Source: Chloroherpetonaceae bacterium (GTDB lineage Bacteria > Bacteroidota > Chlorobiia > Chlorobiales > Thermochlorobacteraceae). Taken from it: a stretch of DNA of 64,000 nt. Location of the stretch: the NCBI GenBank assembly GCA_025055975.1, contig JANWWM010000028.1, forward strand, positions 36,219 to 100,218, in the 5' to 3' direction. How positions within the stretch are numbered: position 1 is the stretch's first letter; each line of letters begins with the position of its first letter. Positions 9,023-17,041 of this stretch are shown here, one piece after another. The position numbers and the translations under genes are program-made. A model generated the notes under the pieces. That model was not told where the DNA came from, did no database searches, and saw only the letters and a list, made by a program, of their open reading frames with translations.

Positions 9023-12000
9023 TCACGGGCTCGATTGCCCATCTGACGCGGCGGGCGAGGCAGGCTCGCTGACCGTGATTTTGACGGTTTTGGAATCCTT
9101 CGCGCCTGATTTGTCGGTAACCGTGAACGTGACGTCGTAACTGCCCGCTTGCTTTTTGGTGGGCGTCCATTGAAACTGATTGCTCTTGAATGTCGCGCCT
9201 TTGGGCAAATTCGACGCGGCGATTTTCAGTTTGCCCTCGTCTTCTTTGTCATCGTCGCTTGCGCTTACCGCGAAAGAAATCGGCTGTTCGACCGTCGCGC
9301 TCACGTCGGCAAGGTCGGCAAGTTTGGGCGGGCGATTGACGTGCTTGACGGTGATGACGATTTGCGTTTCGTCGGAAAGCGGCGTTCCATCGATGCCCGA
9401 ATCCGTTACTTTGGCGTTGAGGACATACTTGCCCGCTTGTTCGTAGCTCGGAGTCCAAACGAGTTTGTTGCCTTCGAGCTTTGCGCCGTCGGGCAAGTTG
9501 GCGATGCTGAACGCGAGTTTGCCCTCGTCTTCTTTGTCGGGGTCGGTGGCTTTCAGCTCAATCGTGAGCGGTTCGTTTTCGCCGACGGTTTGCGCGGCAA
9601 CCTTTTCAATCTTGGGCTTGCGGTTCAACGGCTTGACGACGATGGGCACGACGAGTTTGTCGCTCAACGCTTTTTCGGGATTGGGTTGGAGCGTGGTTGT
9701 TCCCGCAAGTCCTCTGTCCGTAACGGTGAACTCGAGTTGATACTCGCCCGATTGCTCGTGCGTGGGGGTCCAAACGAACGTTTGGTTCGATGGCGTAAAG
9801 ACCGCGCCTTTGGGCAATTCGCCCGCTTTGTAAACGAGTTTGCCCTCGTCTTCTTTGTCGGGGTCAATCGCTTTGAGCGTGAAGGAAAGTTTTTGCGTTT
9901 CTCTCGCTTCGGACACGTTCACTGGCTCGAATTTTGGCGGGCGATTCGTATTGGCGACGGCAATCGTTGCGGATTTCGAATCTTTCAGCCCATCGGGGTC
10001 TTTGATGGTGAAGGTGAGTTTATAGACTCCGTTTTGGTCGAAGTCGGGAGTCCAAGAAAAGTTCGCGCCATCGAAGGTTGCGCCTTTGGGCAAGCCATCG
10101 ACGGAGATGGTGAGCTTGCCCGCGTCTTCGCGGTCAGGGTCGGAGCCGCTCACGCTAAACGTGATGGGCGAATTTTCTTCGCCTGTCTTGCTTGCGACTG
10201 AATCCATCTTGGGCGGACGATTGACGTGAATGACCGAAATCGGAACTTCCTTGACGTCGGAGAGCGGAGAGCCGTCGATGCCCGTATCGACCACTCTAAA
10301 CGAGACGACATAATTTCCCGATTGCTCGTAGGTCGGTTTCCAAGAAAACGTTTGCGCGAGCGTGTCGTAGGTTGCGCCTTCGGGAAGATTGCTCGCCGAG
10401 AACGAGAGTTTGCCCGCGTCTTCGCGATCGGGGTCGCTCGCGGGAGTCTTGAAGATCAGAACCTCGTTTTCCTTGATGGTTTTAGGCTCAATAGCGGCGA
10501 AGGCGGGCGGACGATTGGTTTGCTTGACTTCGATGAAGACCGTCATCGTGTCGTCGAGAACGAAATCGGGCTTTGGAACGAGCTTGTAATCAAGCCCTTG
10601 GTCTTCGACGACGAACTCGGCGACGTAGTTGCCCGCTTGTTCAAAGGTTGGAGTCCAAGAGAACATGCGCGTAGAGCCGTCGAAGGTCGCCCCTTGCGGA
10701 AGTTTCACGGCTTTGAAGACAAGCTTGCCCTCGTCTTCCGCGTCGGGATCGCTGGCGGAAAGCGCGAAGGTTTGCGCTTTGTTTTCATAGAAGGTTTGCG
10801 GTTGGATTCGGACAAATTCGGGGTTGAGGTTCACGTTATCGACGCGGATTTTCATTTCTTTGGAATCCGTGAGCGCGCCTTTGCCGTCGTTTGCGCCGTC
10901 GCTATCGGAGTCTTTGACCGTGAAGGTTACGACATAATCGCCCGCCTGCGCAAAATCGGGAGTCCAAGAGAACTTTCGCGTTTCGGGGTCGAAGGTCGCG
11001 CCGCGCGGCAAATTGGTTGCGGCGTAGGTGAGTTTGCCCGCGTCTTCAACGTCGGGGTCAGAGCCTTCGGGCAGAACATAGACGAGCAGCGAATCTTCCA
11101 GCGTCACTTGCGCGGGCGGTTGCGGCAAACTTGGCGCGCGGTTGATGTGTTTGACCTCAATCGTGAAGGCTTCGGTTCGAGAAAGCATGTCGCGCGTTTG
11201 CTCTTGAATCGTCGCAATGAAGGAATAAATCCCCGATTGCTCAAAGGTCGGAGTCCAAGAAAGCGTTTGCGACGCTTGGTCGTAGCGAAAGCCTGCGGGA
11301 AATTTGCCGCTTTGTTCGGCGAGCGCAATCACGACGGAACTGCTGTCGGGGTCGTTGCCCTCAATCTTGTATGTCAGCGGTTCGTTTTCGTTGACAACGT
11401 GGCTTTTGAGGTTGGTGAAAACGGGGGTCATATCGTAATTGAACACTTGGAATCCCCTATCCGAACTGCCCGCGTAGATGGCGTGCCCCGAAAACGCGAC
11501 GTGCGTGATTTCCGCGCCGTTGCCGACGAACTTGTCGAGCGGTTCCACATTCAATTTTCCAAATAGCCTCGTGTCATAGACCGCAAGACCCGAACGCCCC
11601 GTCGCCACGACGACCATATTCGGATTCAAGGGATAGAGCGCCACGCCGATGACGAGAGGCAAGTTGTAGTTCGCCTGAAAGACGCGCGTCGGCATCGTGA
11701 TGGTTTTGACATTGACGACCTCGAAGCCGCCTTCGCCGTTGCCGAGATAGAGCATTCCGTCGCGTTCAATCACGTAGCGGCATTTGGTCGAGCCTGCGTA
11801 ACCGCCGATGTATCTGGGTTGCGTCGGACGGCTGACATCGAGAATTTTCACGCCGCCTTCTCGGTCGGCGACGTAGAGTTTCTTGTTGGAGAACGAAACG
11901 CCCCAAGCGTAGTTCCAATACAGAAGCGAGCTGGTCGTCGCCACGCGCGTCGGAACGGCGGGGTTTTCCAAACTCCAAACTTCAACGCCCGCTTTGCCCG

Positions 12001-12469
12001 TGGCGACGAACAGGTAATCGCCGTTCTCGTCCAAGCACAAATCCCACGCTTCGCCCGAAGCCGTTTTGACGCTCGCGTTTGAGACGGGCGCGGCGGGATT
12101 AGAGATGTTGACGATGTTGATGCCGTTGACGTTGTCGGAGATGTAGAGGTAGTTGCCTTTGCGCGCGATGCCGCTCGTCGGAATGCCAAGGTCGCGCATT
12201 GAACCCGCCAAGACGGGCGTGAACGGATCGCTGATGTCGAAGACTTGCAAGCCATTGACGTTGGTGGCGACATAAAGGTATTTGCCGCTCACGAAGAGCG
12301 ACGCGATTCCGTCGCTCGCAAAAATCGGGTCGCCAACGGGTTCGAGCTTGTTGTAAATGATTTTGGGCGCGCCTTCCTCTTCTTGCGCGAAAGCTCCCGC
12401 GCTTGCGAGGACGCACAGCAACGGCGCAAGAAGGCGAAAAGCGAGAGAGGGCAAAGTCGTTGTGGTCAT
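9023..12469 (-). CDS. large secreted protein: signal peptide, seven LVIVD-type beta-propeller blades, eight cadherin-like/putative-Ig repeats
   Basis: 1148 aa uninterrupted. Seven blades of the form YLYVATNVNGLQVFDISDPFTP, YLYISDNVNGINIVNISNPAAP and so on. Eight units follow with the pattern EN..L.F...A.DPD.EDEGKL.F.A..LP.GA.FD.....F.WTP...Q.G.Y...F.V.D. I did not recognise a C-terminal sorting domain. Confidence 0.9.
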   Translation of the reverse strand: MTTTTLPSLAFRLLAPLLCVLASAGAFAQEEEGAPKIIYNKLEPVGDPIFASDGIASLFVSGKYLYVATNVNGLQVFDISDPFTPVLAGSMRDLGIPTSGIARKGNYLYISDNVNGINIVNISNPAAPVSNASVKTASGEAWDLCLDENGDYLFVATGKAGVEVWSLENPAVPTRVATTSSLLYWNYAWGVSFSNKKLYVADREGGVKILDVSRPTQPRYIGGYAGSTKCRYVIERDGMLYLGNGEGGFEVVNVKTITMPTRVFQANYNLPLVIGVALYPLNPNMVVVATGRSGLAVYDTRLFGKLNVEPLDKFVGNGAEITHVAFSGHAIYAGSSDRGFQVFNYDMTPVFTNLKSHVVNENEPLTYKIEGNDPDSSSVVIALAEQSGKFPAGFRYDQASQTLSWTPTFEQSGIYSFIATIQEQTRDMLSRTEAFTIEVKHINRAPSLPQPPAQVTLEDSLLVYVLPEGSDPDVEDAGKLTYAATNLPRGATFDPETRKFSWTPDFAQAGDYVVTFTVKDSDSDGANDGKGALTDSKEMKIRVDNVNLNPEFVRIQPQTFYENKAQTFALSASDPDAEDEGKLVFKAVKLPQGATFDGSTRMFSWTPTFEQAGNYVAEFVVEDQGLDYKLVPKPDFVLDDTMTVFIEVKQTNRPPAFAAIEPKTIKENEVLIFKTPASDPDREDAGKLSFSASNLPEGATYDTLAQTFSWKPTYEQSGNYVVSFRVVDTGIDGSPLSDVKEVPISVIHVNRPPKMDSVASKTGEENSPITFSVSGSDPDREDAGKLTISVDGLPKGATFDGANFSWTPDFDQNGVYKLTFTIKDPDGLKDSKSATIAVANTNRPPKFEPVNVSEARETQKLSFTLKAIDPDKEDEGKLVYKAGELPKGAVFTPSNQTFVWTPTHEQSGEYQLEFTVTDRGLAGTTTLQPNPEKALSDKLVVPIVVKPLNRKPKIEKVAAQTVGENEPLTIELKATDPDKEDEGKLAFSIANLPDGAKLEGNKLVWTPSYEQAGKYVLNAKVTDSGIDGTPLSDETQIVITVKHVNRPPKLADLADVSATVEQPISFAVSASDDDKEDEGKLKIAASNLPKGATFKSNQFQWTPTKKQAGSYDVTFTVTDKSGAKDSKTVKITVSEPASPAASDGQSSP
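9026..11419 (-). repeat. eight tandem ~95-105-aa (about 290-315 nt) cadherin-like coding repeats inside the 9023..12469 gene
   Basis: Repeat boundaries read from the translated protein (aa 351-1148). Each unit ends in N(R/L)(P/A/K)P(K/S/A)(F/L/M/I). Copies are diverged at the DNA level. Confidence 0.8.
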
Positions 12470-12522
12470 TGATTTTTGTCGTAAAATGAGGTGGTCGCGT
12501 TTGTAGAAACTGAGCCGTTTTG

Positions 12523-14358
12523 ATGCGAGGCGAATTTACGAAAACGTTTTCAATCTTGGCGGGAAAGCAACGCGGACTGAGCGTCGCTTGGCTTGGCGCG
12601 ATCTGGTGCTGGGCGACGCACGCGCTGGCGCAATCGCCGTCGCTCATTCGAGACGTGGAGTTCGTTGGCAATCGCGCCGTCTCGGAACAAAAACTTCTTT
12701 CGCTCTTCGCTCTGCCTCAGCCTTACGATTCGGCGCGTTTCGCCGAACGTTTCGCTCGTCTTTCTCGGCTCTATCAGCGGCTTGGCTACTACGATTTTCG
12801 CATCGATAGCGTCGTCGTTCAGCCGCCCAAACTCGTCGCCTACCTTTCCGAAGGCGAGGCTTATCTCGTCTCGAAAATCGCCTTTTCGGGCAATCACCTT
12901 CTCTCGTCCGAAGAGCTTGAAACGCTCTGCGACACGAAGGTTGGCGAGCCGCTCGACCAAGAGACGCTGGAAAACGACATCGACGAAATTCTGCGTCGCT
13001 ACGAAACGCTTGGTCGCCCTTTTTCCAAAGTTTTGCTTTCCGAACCGCGCTTCGTTTGGGAAGAAATCGACGGCAAGCGCAAGCCGCGCATTGAGCTTGA
13101 AATGGAGATTCAAGAGGGCAAGTTCGTCAGGCTCGTGGGGACGCGCATCGTGGGCAATTCTTCGACCAAGCCCGAAGTCATCGAGCGCGAAATTCGCTTC
13201 CGCGAGGGCGAGGCGTTCCAAGAAGAAAAGTTCAACCTGATTCAGACCCGCTTGGAGCGCGCGAATTTCTTCGAGCGCGTTTTTCCGCCCGAACTTCTCA
13301 TCGTCAAAAACGACGACGCGGATACGCTCGATGCCATCGTCAAAATCGAGCTTGTCGAGGGCAATCCGAACACGTTCGACGGAGTCGTTGGCTATCAACC
13401 GCCGCAAAATCCGAACAACCCCAACGACGCGGGATTTTTCACGGGGCTTATCAACATTTCGCTTCAAAATATGTTCGGCACGGGGCGACGGCTCGATGTG
13501 AAGTGGCTCAAACCCAATCAATTCACGCAAGAGGCGCGCCTGCGCTATCAAGAGCCGTATTTCGTCGGCTTGCCGCTCAACCTGATTTTCGATTTCGCTC
13601 AACTCAAACAAGACACCACCTTCGCGCAACTGCAACTTGGGCTTTCGGCTTCCTATCGGCTTGCCGACAATTTCTTTCTCACGTCTTCGTTTTCGCGCGA
13701 AGAGGTCAATCCGATTTTCGAAGGCGCGGCGATCGCGCAGGTCGTTTTTCCGACGACCATCGCCCTCACGGGCGTTGGCGCGATTTACGATTCGCGCGAT
13801 TACCCGCCAAATCCGCAATCGGGCTTTTATCTGCGCAACGATTATCGAATCGGCAGAAAAATCATCTCCGCTTCCGATTCGCTTTTGGCGCTCTATTCCG
13901 TCAAGACGCGCCTTTTGCAACAGCGCGTTCTCTTGGAGGCGGAGTTTTATCAGCGCGTTTTCAAGCGACAAGTTTTGGCGGCGCGCTTTCGCGGCGAGGC
14001 GATTTTAGCCGACGAAATTCAATTCTCCGATTTGATGCGATTCGGCGGCGCGCAAAGCCTGCGCGGATACCGCGAACAACAGTTCCTCGCCTCGCAATTG
14101 ATGTGGCTCAACTTGGAACATCGTTTTCTGCTTTCGCGCAAGACGTTCATTTTCGGCTTCTGCGACATTGGCTACTTTTTCAAGCCGCGAAATCCGCTCA
14201 ACGCGCTCGATGGCTCGCTTCGCGGGTGGCGGCGCGGCGTTGGCGTTGGCGCGCGGGTCGACACGCCGCTCGGAATTTTAGCCATTAGTTACGCGCTCGG
14301 CGAAGGCGACACGTTCGCCACGGGCAAAGTTCATTTCGGAGTCGTTAGCGCCTTTTAG
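12523..14358 (+). CDS. Omp85/BamA-family outer-membrane protein (POTRA domains plus surface-antigen beta-barrel)
   Basis: ORF 12520..14358 (TTG followed by ATG at 12523). Signal peptide ..WCWATHALAQ. POTRA-like VEFVGNRAVSEQKLLSLF and IAFSGNHLLSSEELETL. C-terminal barrel ends in ..GKVHFGVVSAF. At 611 aa it is shorter than canonical five-POTRA BamA. Confidence 0.85.
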   Translation: MRGEFTKTFSILAGKQRGLSVAWLGAIWCWATHALAQSPSLIRDVEFVGNRAVSEQKLLSLFALPQPYDSARFAERFARLSRLYQRLGYYDFRIDSVVVQPPKLVAYLSEGEAYLVSKIAFSGNHLLSSEELETLCDTKVGEPLDQETLENDIDEILRRYETLGRPFSKVLLSEPRFVWEEIDGKRKPRIELEMEIQEGKFVRLVGTRIVGNSSTKPEVIEREIRFREGEAFQEEKFNLIQTRLERANFFERVFPPELLIVKNDDADTLDAIVKIELVEGNPNTFDGVVGYQPPQNPNNPNDAGFFTGLINISLQNMFGTGRRLDVKWLKPNQFTQEARLRYQEPYFVGLPLNLIFDFAQLKQDTTFAQLQLGLSASYRLADNFFLTSSFSREEVNPIFEGAAIAQVVFPTTIALTGVGAIYDSRDYPPNPQSGFYLRNDYRIGRKIISASDSLLALYSVKTRLLQQRVLLEAEFYQRVFKRQVLAARFRGEAILADEIQFSDLMRFGGAQSLRGYREQQFLASQLMWLNLEHRFLLSRKTFIFGFCDIGYFFKPRNPLNALDGSLRGWRRGVGVGARVDTPLGILAISYALGEGDTFATGKVHFGVVSAF

Positions 14359-14577
14359 GTCGAGTCGCTATCGTCGGTGTCAGCGTCGCAACGCTTGAAA
14401 CGGAAAAGCGGTCATCCGCCTTTGAACTGGGCGCATCACGATGGCTCGCGCGCAAATCGTCTTGGGCGCTTGCCGCTATGGAATGAACGCTTTGCCTTTT
14501 TCCCATCCCGCTATCCGCTTGAAATGACGCGGGATTTCGGCAACGAGCGCGATTCTGACGCGATGCGGCGACGCGAC

Positions 14578-15033
14578 CTAAAATCGCCCAATCAGCCAGA
14601 GCGCAATCTGAACGGAAAGATTGGCGTAAACTCCCGCGACGACATCGTCCAGCATCACTCCCCAACCCTTTGGCAATTTCTGCAGCTTGTTGATGGGTTC
14701 GATTTTGGCGATGTCGAAGAAACGGAAGAAAACAAACGCGAGCGCAAACGCAAGGTAAGTTCTCGGAACGAAGAGCAACGCGACCCACTGCCCTACGAAC
14801 TCGTCAATGGTGATTTCTTTTGCGTCTTTGCCGTAGTCTTTCTCGATTTCGCCGCCCGCCCAAACGCCGATGGCAAAAAAGCCGACGATGACGTAAAAAA
14901 ACGTCGGAACTTCCGCGACGCTCGGCGCGAACCATGCCGTCAAGAGCGCGACAAGACTGCCCCACGTGCCAGGAATGTAGGGCAAGTAGCCCGTTCCGAA
15001 TCCCGTTCCAAAAATTTTCGCAAGCCAATTCAT
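14578..15033 (-). CDS. pgpA: phosphatidylglycerophosphatase A
   Basis: Start at MNWLAKIFGTGFGTGYLPYIPGTWGS, an internal Met of ORF 14578..15111, one nt after the pgsA stop. Motifs IDEFVGQW and FRFFDIAKIEPI. Confidence 0.85.
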   Translation of the reverse strand: MNWLAKIFGTGFGTGYLPYIPGTWGSLVALLTAWFAPSVAEVPTFFYVIVGFFAIGVWAGGEIEKDYGKDAKEITIDEFVGQWVALLFVPRTYLAFALAFVFFRFFDIAKIEPINKLQKLPKGWGVMLDDVVAGVYANLSVQIALWLIGRF

Positions 15034-15034
15034 T

Positions 15035-15655
15035 TCACGAAGCGTTGAGCGTGGAGCGAATGCCAAAATAGGCGGCGCGAAGCGTTTGCCAATTTTCAAA
15101 CAAATACGCAACGCCCGTATAGACCGTGTAAATCGTAAGCGCCAGCATCGCCCAATACGCCCAGCCGTGAAAGAGCAAGCGTTCCGCCACGGCTTGAACG
15201 CTCTCGCCGAAAAGCGTCTTTTCGCGCAGAAGCGCGAGCAAAAGAAGCATATACGCCAGCGCGTTTTGAAGCGCGGTTTTGATTTTCGCCGCGCGGCTCG
15301 TAACGACGGGACGATCTTTCAACTCGGCGTAGAGGCGCAAGAGCGTTACGATCGCGTCGCGCAAAGCGACCACGACCACCATCCACAGCGGAAGCAAATC
15401 GAGATAGACGAAGTAGACGAAAGCCGTCGTAACGAGAATTTTGTCGGCGAGCGGATCCATAAACGCGCCCCAGCGCGTCGTTTGCCCATGCTTGCGAGCG
15501 TGATAACCGTCGTAGAGGTCGGTGAGCGAAGCGACGACGAACACGACGAACCCCCAAATTCGCGTCGTTGGGTCGTCGGAGAGAATCAGCCACGCAAAAA
15601 GCGGCGTGAGCAAAATGCGTAGCGTAGTGAGTTGGTTCGGAAAGGTCATTTTCAT
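15035..15655 (-). CDS. pgsA: CDP-diacylglycerol--glycerol-3-phosphate 3-phosphatidyltransferase
   Basis: 206 aa. CDP-alcohol phosphatidyltransferase motif DLYDGYHARKHGQTTRWGAFMDPLADK. Confidence 0.9.
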   Translation of the reverse strand: MKMTFPNQLTTLRILLTPLFAWLILSDDPTTRIWGFVVFVVASLTDLYDGYHARKHGQTTRWGAFMDPLADKILVTTAFVYFVYLDLLPLWMVVVVALRDAIVTLLRLYAELKDRPVVTSRAAKIKTALQNALAYMLLLLALLREKTLFGESVQAVAERLLFHGWAYWAMLALTIYTVYTGVAYLFENWQTLRAAYFGIRSTLNAS

Positions 15656-15848
15656 TGCGTCGTCCGAATGTCGTCAAATGTTTTCGCAAATTAGGTTGCG
15701 CCGACGCGACGCGCCAACGCGAACTCAAAAACGCGACGCGCTCGCGCCATCGTTCTGAACGAATCGGCGCGGAGAAGTAGGCGAGTTTCGCAATGGCGAA
15801 GCCGACGAGGCTCGAATCGGCGATGTCGTTTGGCGCAAGAAGCCCAAC

Positions 15849-16904
15849 CTAATTTTCCAAAGCGGCAGGCGCGAGAACGAGGCGTTTCGAGTGGTCGTTG
15901 AGCGTTTCGGCGAGCGTTTCGAACGTGCCGTCGCGCAAATGTTTCTCGCACTCCAATTCGTATTCAAGCAGGCGGTCGATGATGTTTTGCCACTTTTCTT
16001 CGCGCACGAGGTAATCGCGCACTTTGCTCACGTTCGGCATGCCTTTCAGATACGACGAGTAATGTCGGCGCATTTCCAAAACGCCGTATTTCTCGCCTTT
16101 CCACTCGACCGACATTTTCAAGTGCTCGATCGCCACGTGGATTTTTTCTCGGAACGTGGGCGGCGGCAATTCCACGCCGCGCATCAAGGCTTTGGCTTCG
16201 CGGAAGATGAAGGGGTTGCCAATCGCGCCGCGCCCAATCATCACGCCGTCGACTTTGGCGAACTCGAAACGCCTGACCGCGTCTTGCGCCGTCCAGATGT
16301 CGCCGTTGCCAATGATGGGAATCGTGGCGACTTCTTTGGCGCGCTTGATCCAATTCCAGTCCGCCAAGCCTTTGAACATCTGCGCGCGCGTGCGTCCGTG
16401 AATCGTGAGGGCTTGAATGCCCGCGCCCTCCAAGCGTTTGACCGTGTCCAAAATCGTGATGTTGTTCTCGTCCCAACCGATGCGCGTTTTCGCCGTTACG
16501 GGCAACTTGACGGCTTTGACGACCGCCGCCGTGATGGCTTCCATCAAGGTCGGATGGCACAGCAAGCCCGACCCCGCGCCGCGTCCCGCGACTTTCTTGG
16601 TGGGGCAACCATAGTTGATATCGATGAAATCGGGCTTTGCCGCCTCCGCTATCAAGGCGGCTTCGACCATCGCCTCAATGTCGTTGCCAAAAATTTGAAT
16701 CGCAACGGGACGCTCGTCGTCAAAGACTTTCAACTTGCGATGCGATTTTGCCGCGCCGCGTATCAAACCTTCGGAGCTGATGAATTCCGTGTAGACGATG
16801 TCCGCCCCGAAACGTTTGCACAATCGGCGAAACGACGGGTCGGTTACGTCTTCCATCGGCGCAAGCACGATGGGCTTGTCGATCTCTATCGCGCCAAGTT
16901 TCAT
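15849..16904 (-). CDS. dus: tRNA-dihydrouridine synthase
   Basis: 351 aa. Blocks LAPMEDVTDPSFRRLCKRFGADIVYTEFISSEG, DINYGCPTKKV and LTIHGRTRAQ. Confidence 0.9.
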   Translation of the reverse strand: MKLGAIEIDKPIVLAPMEDVTDPSFRRLCKRFGADIVYTEFISSEGLIRGAAKSHRKLKVFDDERPVAIQIFGNDIEAMVEAALIAEAAKPDFIDINYGCPTKKVAGRGAGSGLLCHPTLMEAITAAVVKAVKLPVTAKTRIGWDENNITILDTVKRLEGAGIQALTIHGRTRAQMFKGLADWNWIKRAKEVATIPIIGNGDIWTAQDAVRRFEFAKVDGVMIGRGAIGNPFIFREAKALMRGVELPPPTFREKIHVAIEHLKMSVEWKGEKYGVLEMRRHYSSYLKGMPNVSKVRDYLVREEKWQNIIDRLLEYELECEKHLRDGTFETLAETLNDHSKRLVLAPAALEN

Positions 16905-16972
16905 CTTTCTCTCGCGTTTGTTTGCGGACCGAAAAGTTACGAAAAAATCTCGCTTCCGTTTTCCATCGCAAC

Positions 16973-16998
16973 GGATTCCTCGCTTCGCTCGGAATGAC
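16973..16998 (-). repeat. dispersed intergenic repeat, reverse orientation
   Basis: ggattcctcgcttcgctcggaatgac, between the dus start and the polA stop. Confidence 0.8.
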
Positions 16999-17012
16999 GC
17001 GGCTTCGGGCTT

Positions 17013-17033
17013 GGTTTCTTCGCTTGGAATGAC
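17013..17033 (-). repeat. dispersed intergenic repeat, shortened second tandem copy
   Basis: ggtttcttcgcttggaatgac, 14 nt after the previous copy. Confidence 0.6.
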
Positions 17034-17041
17034 GAGGCGCC

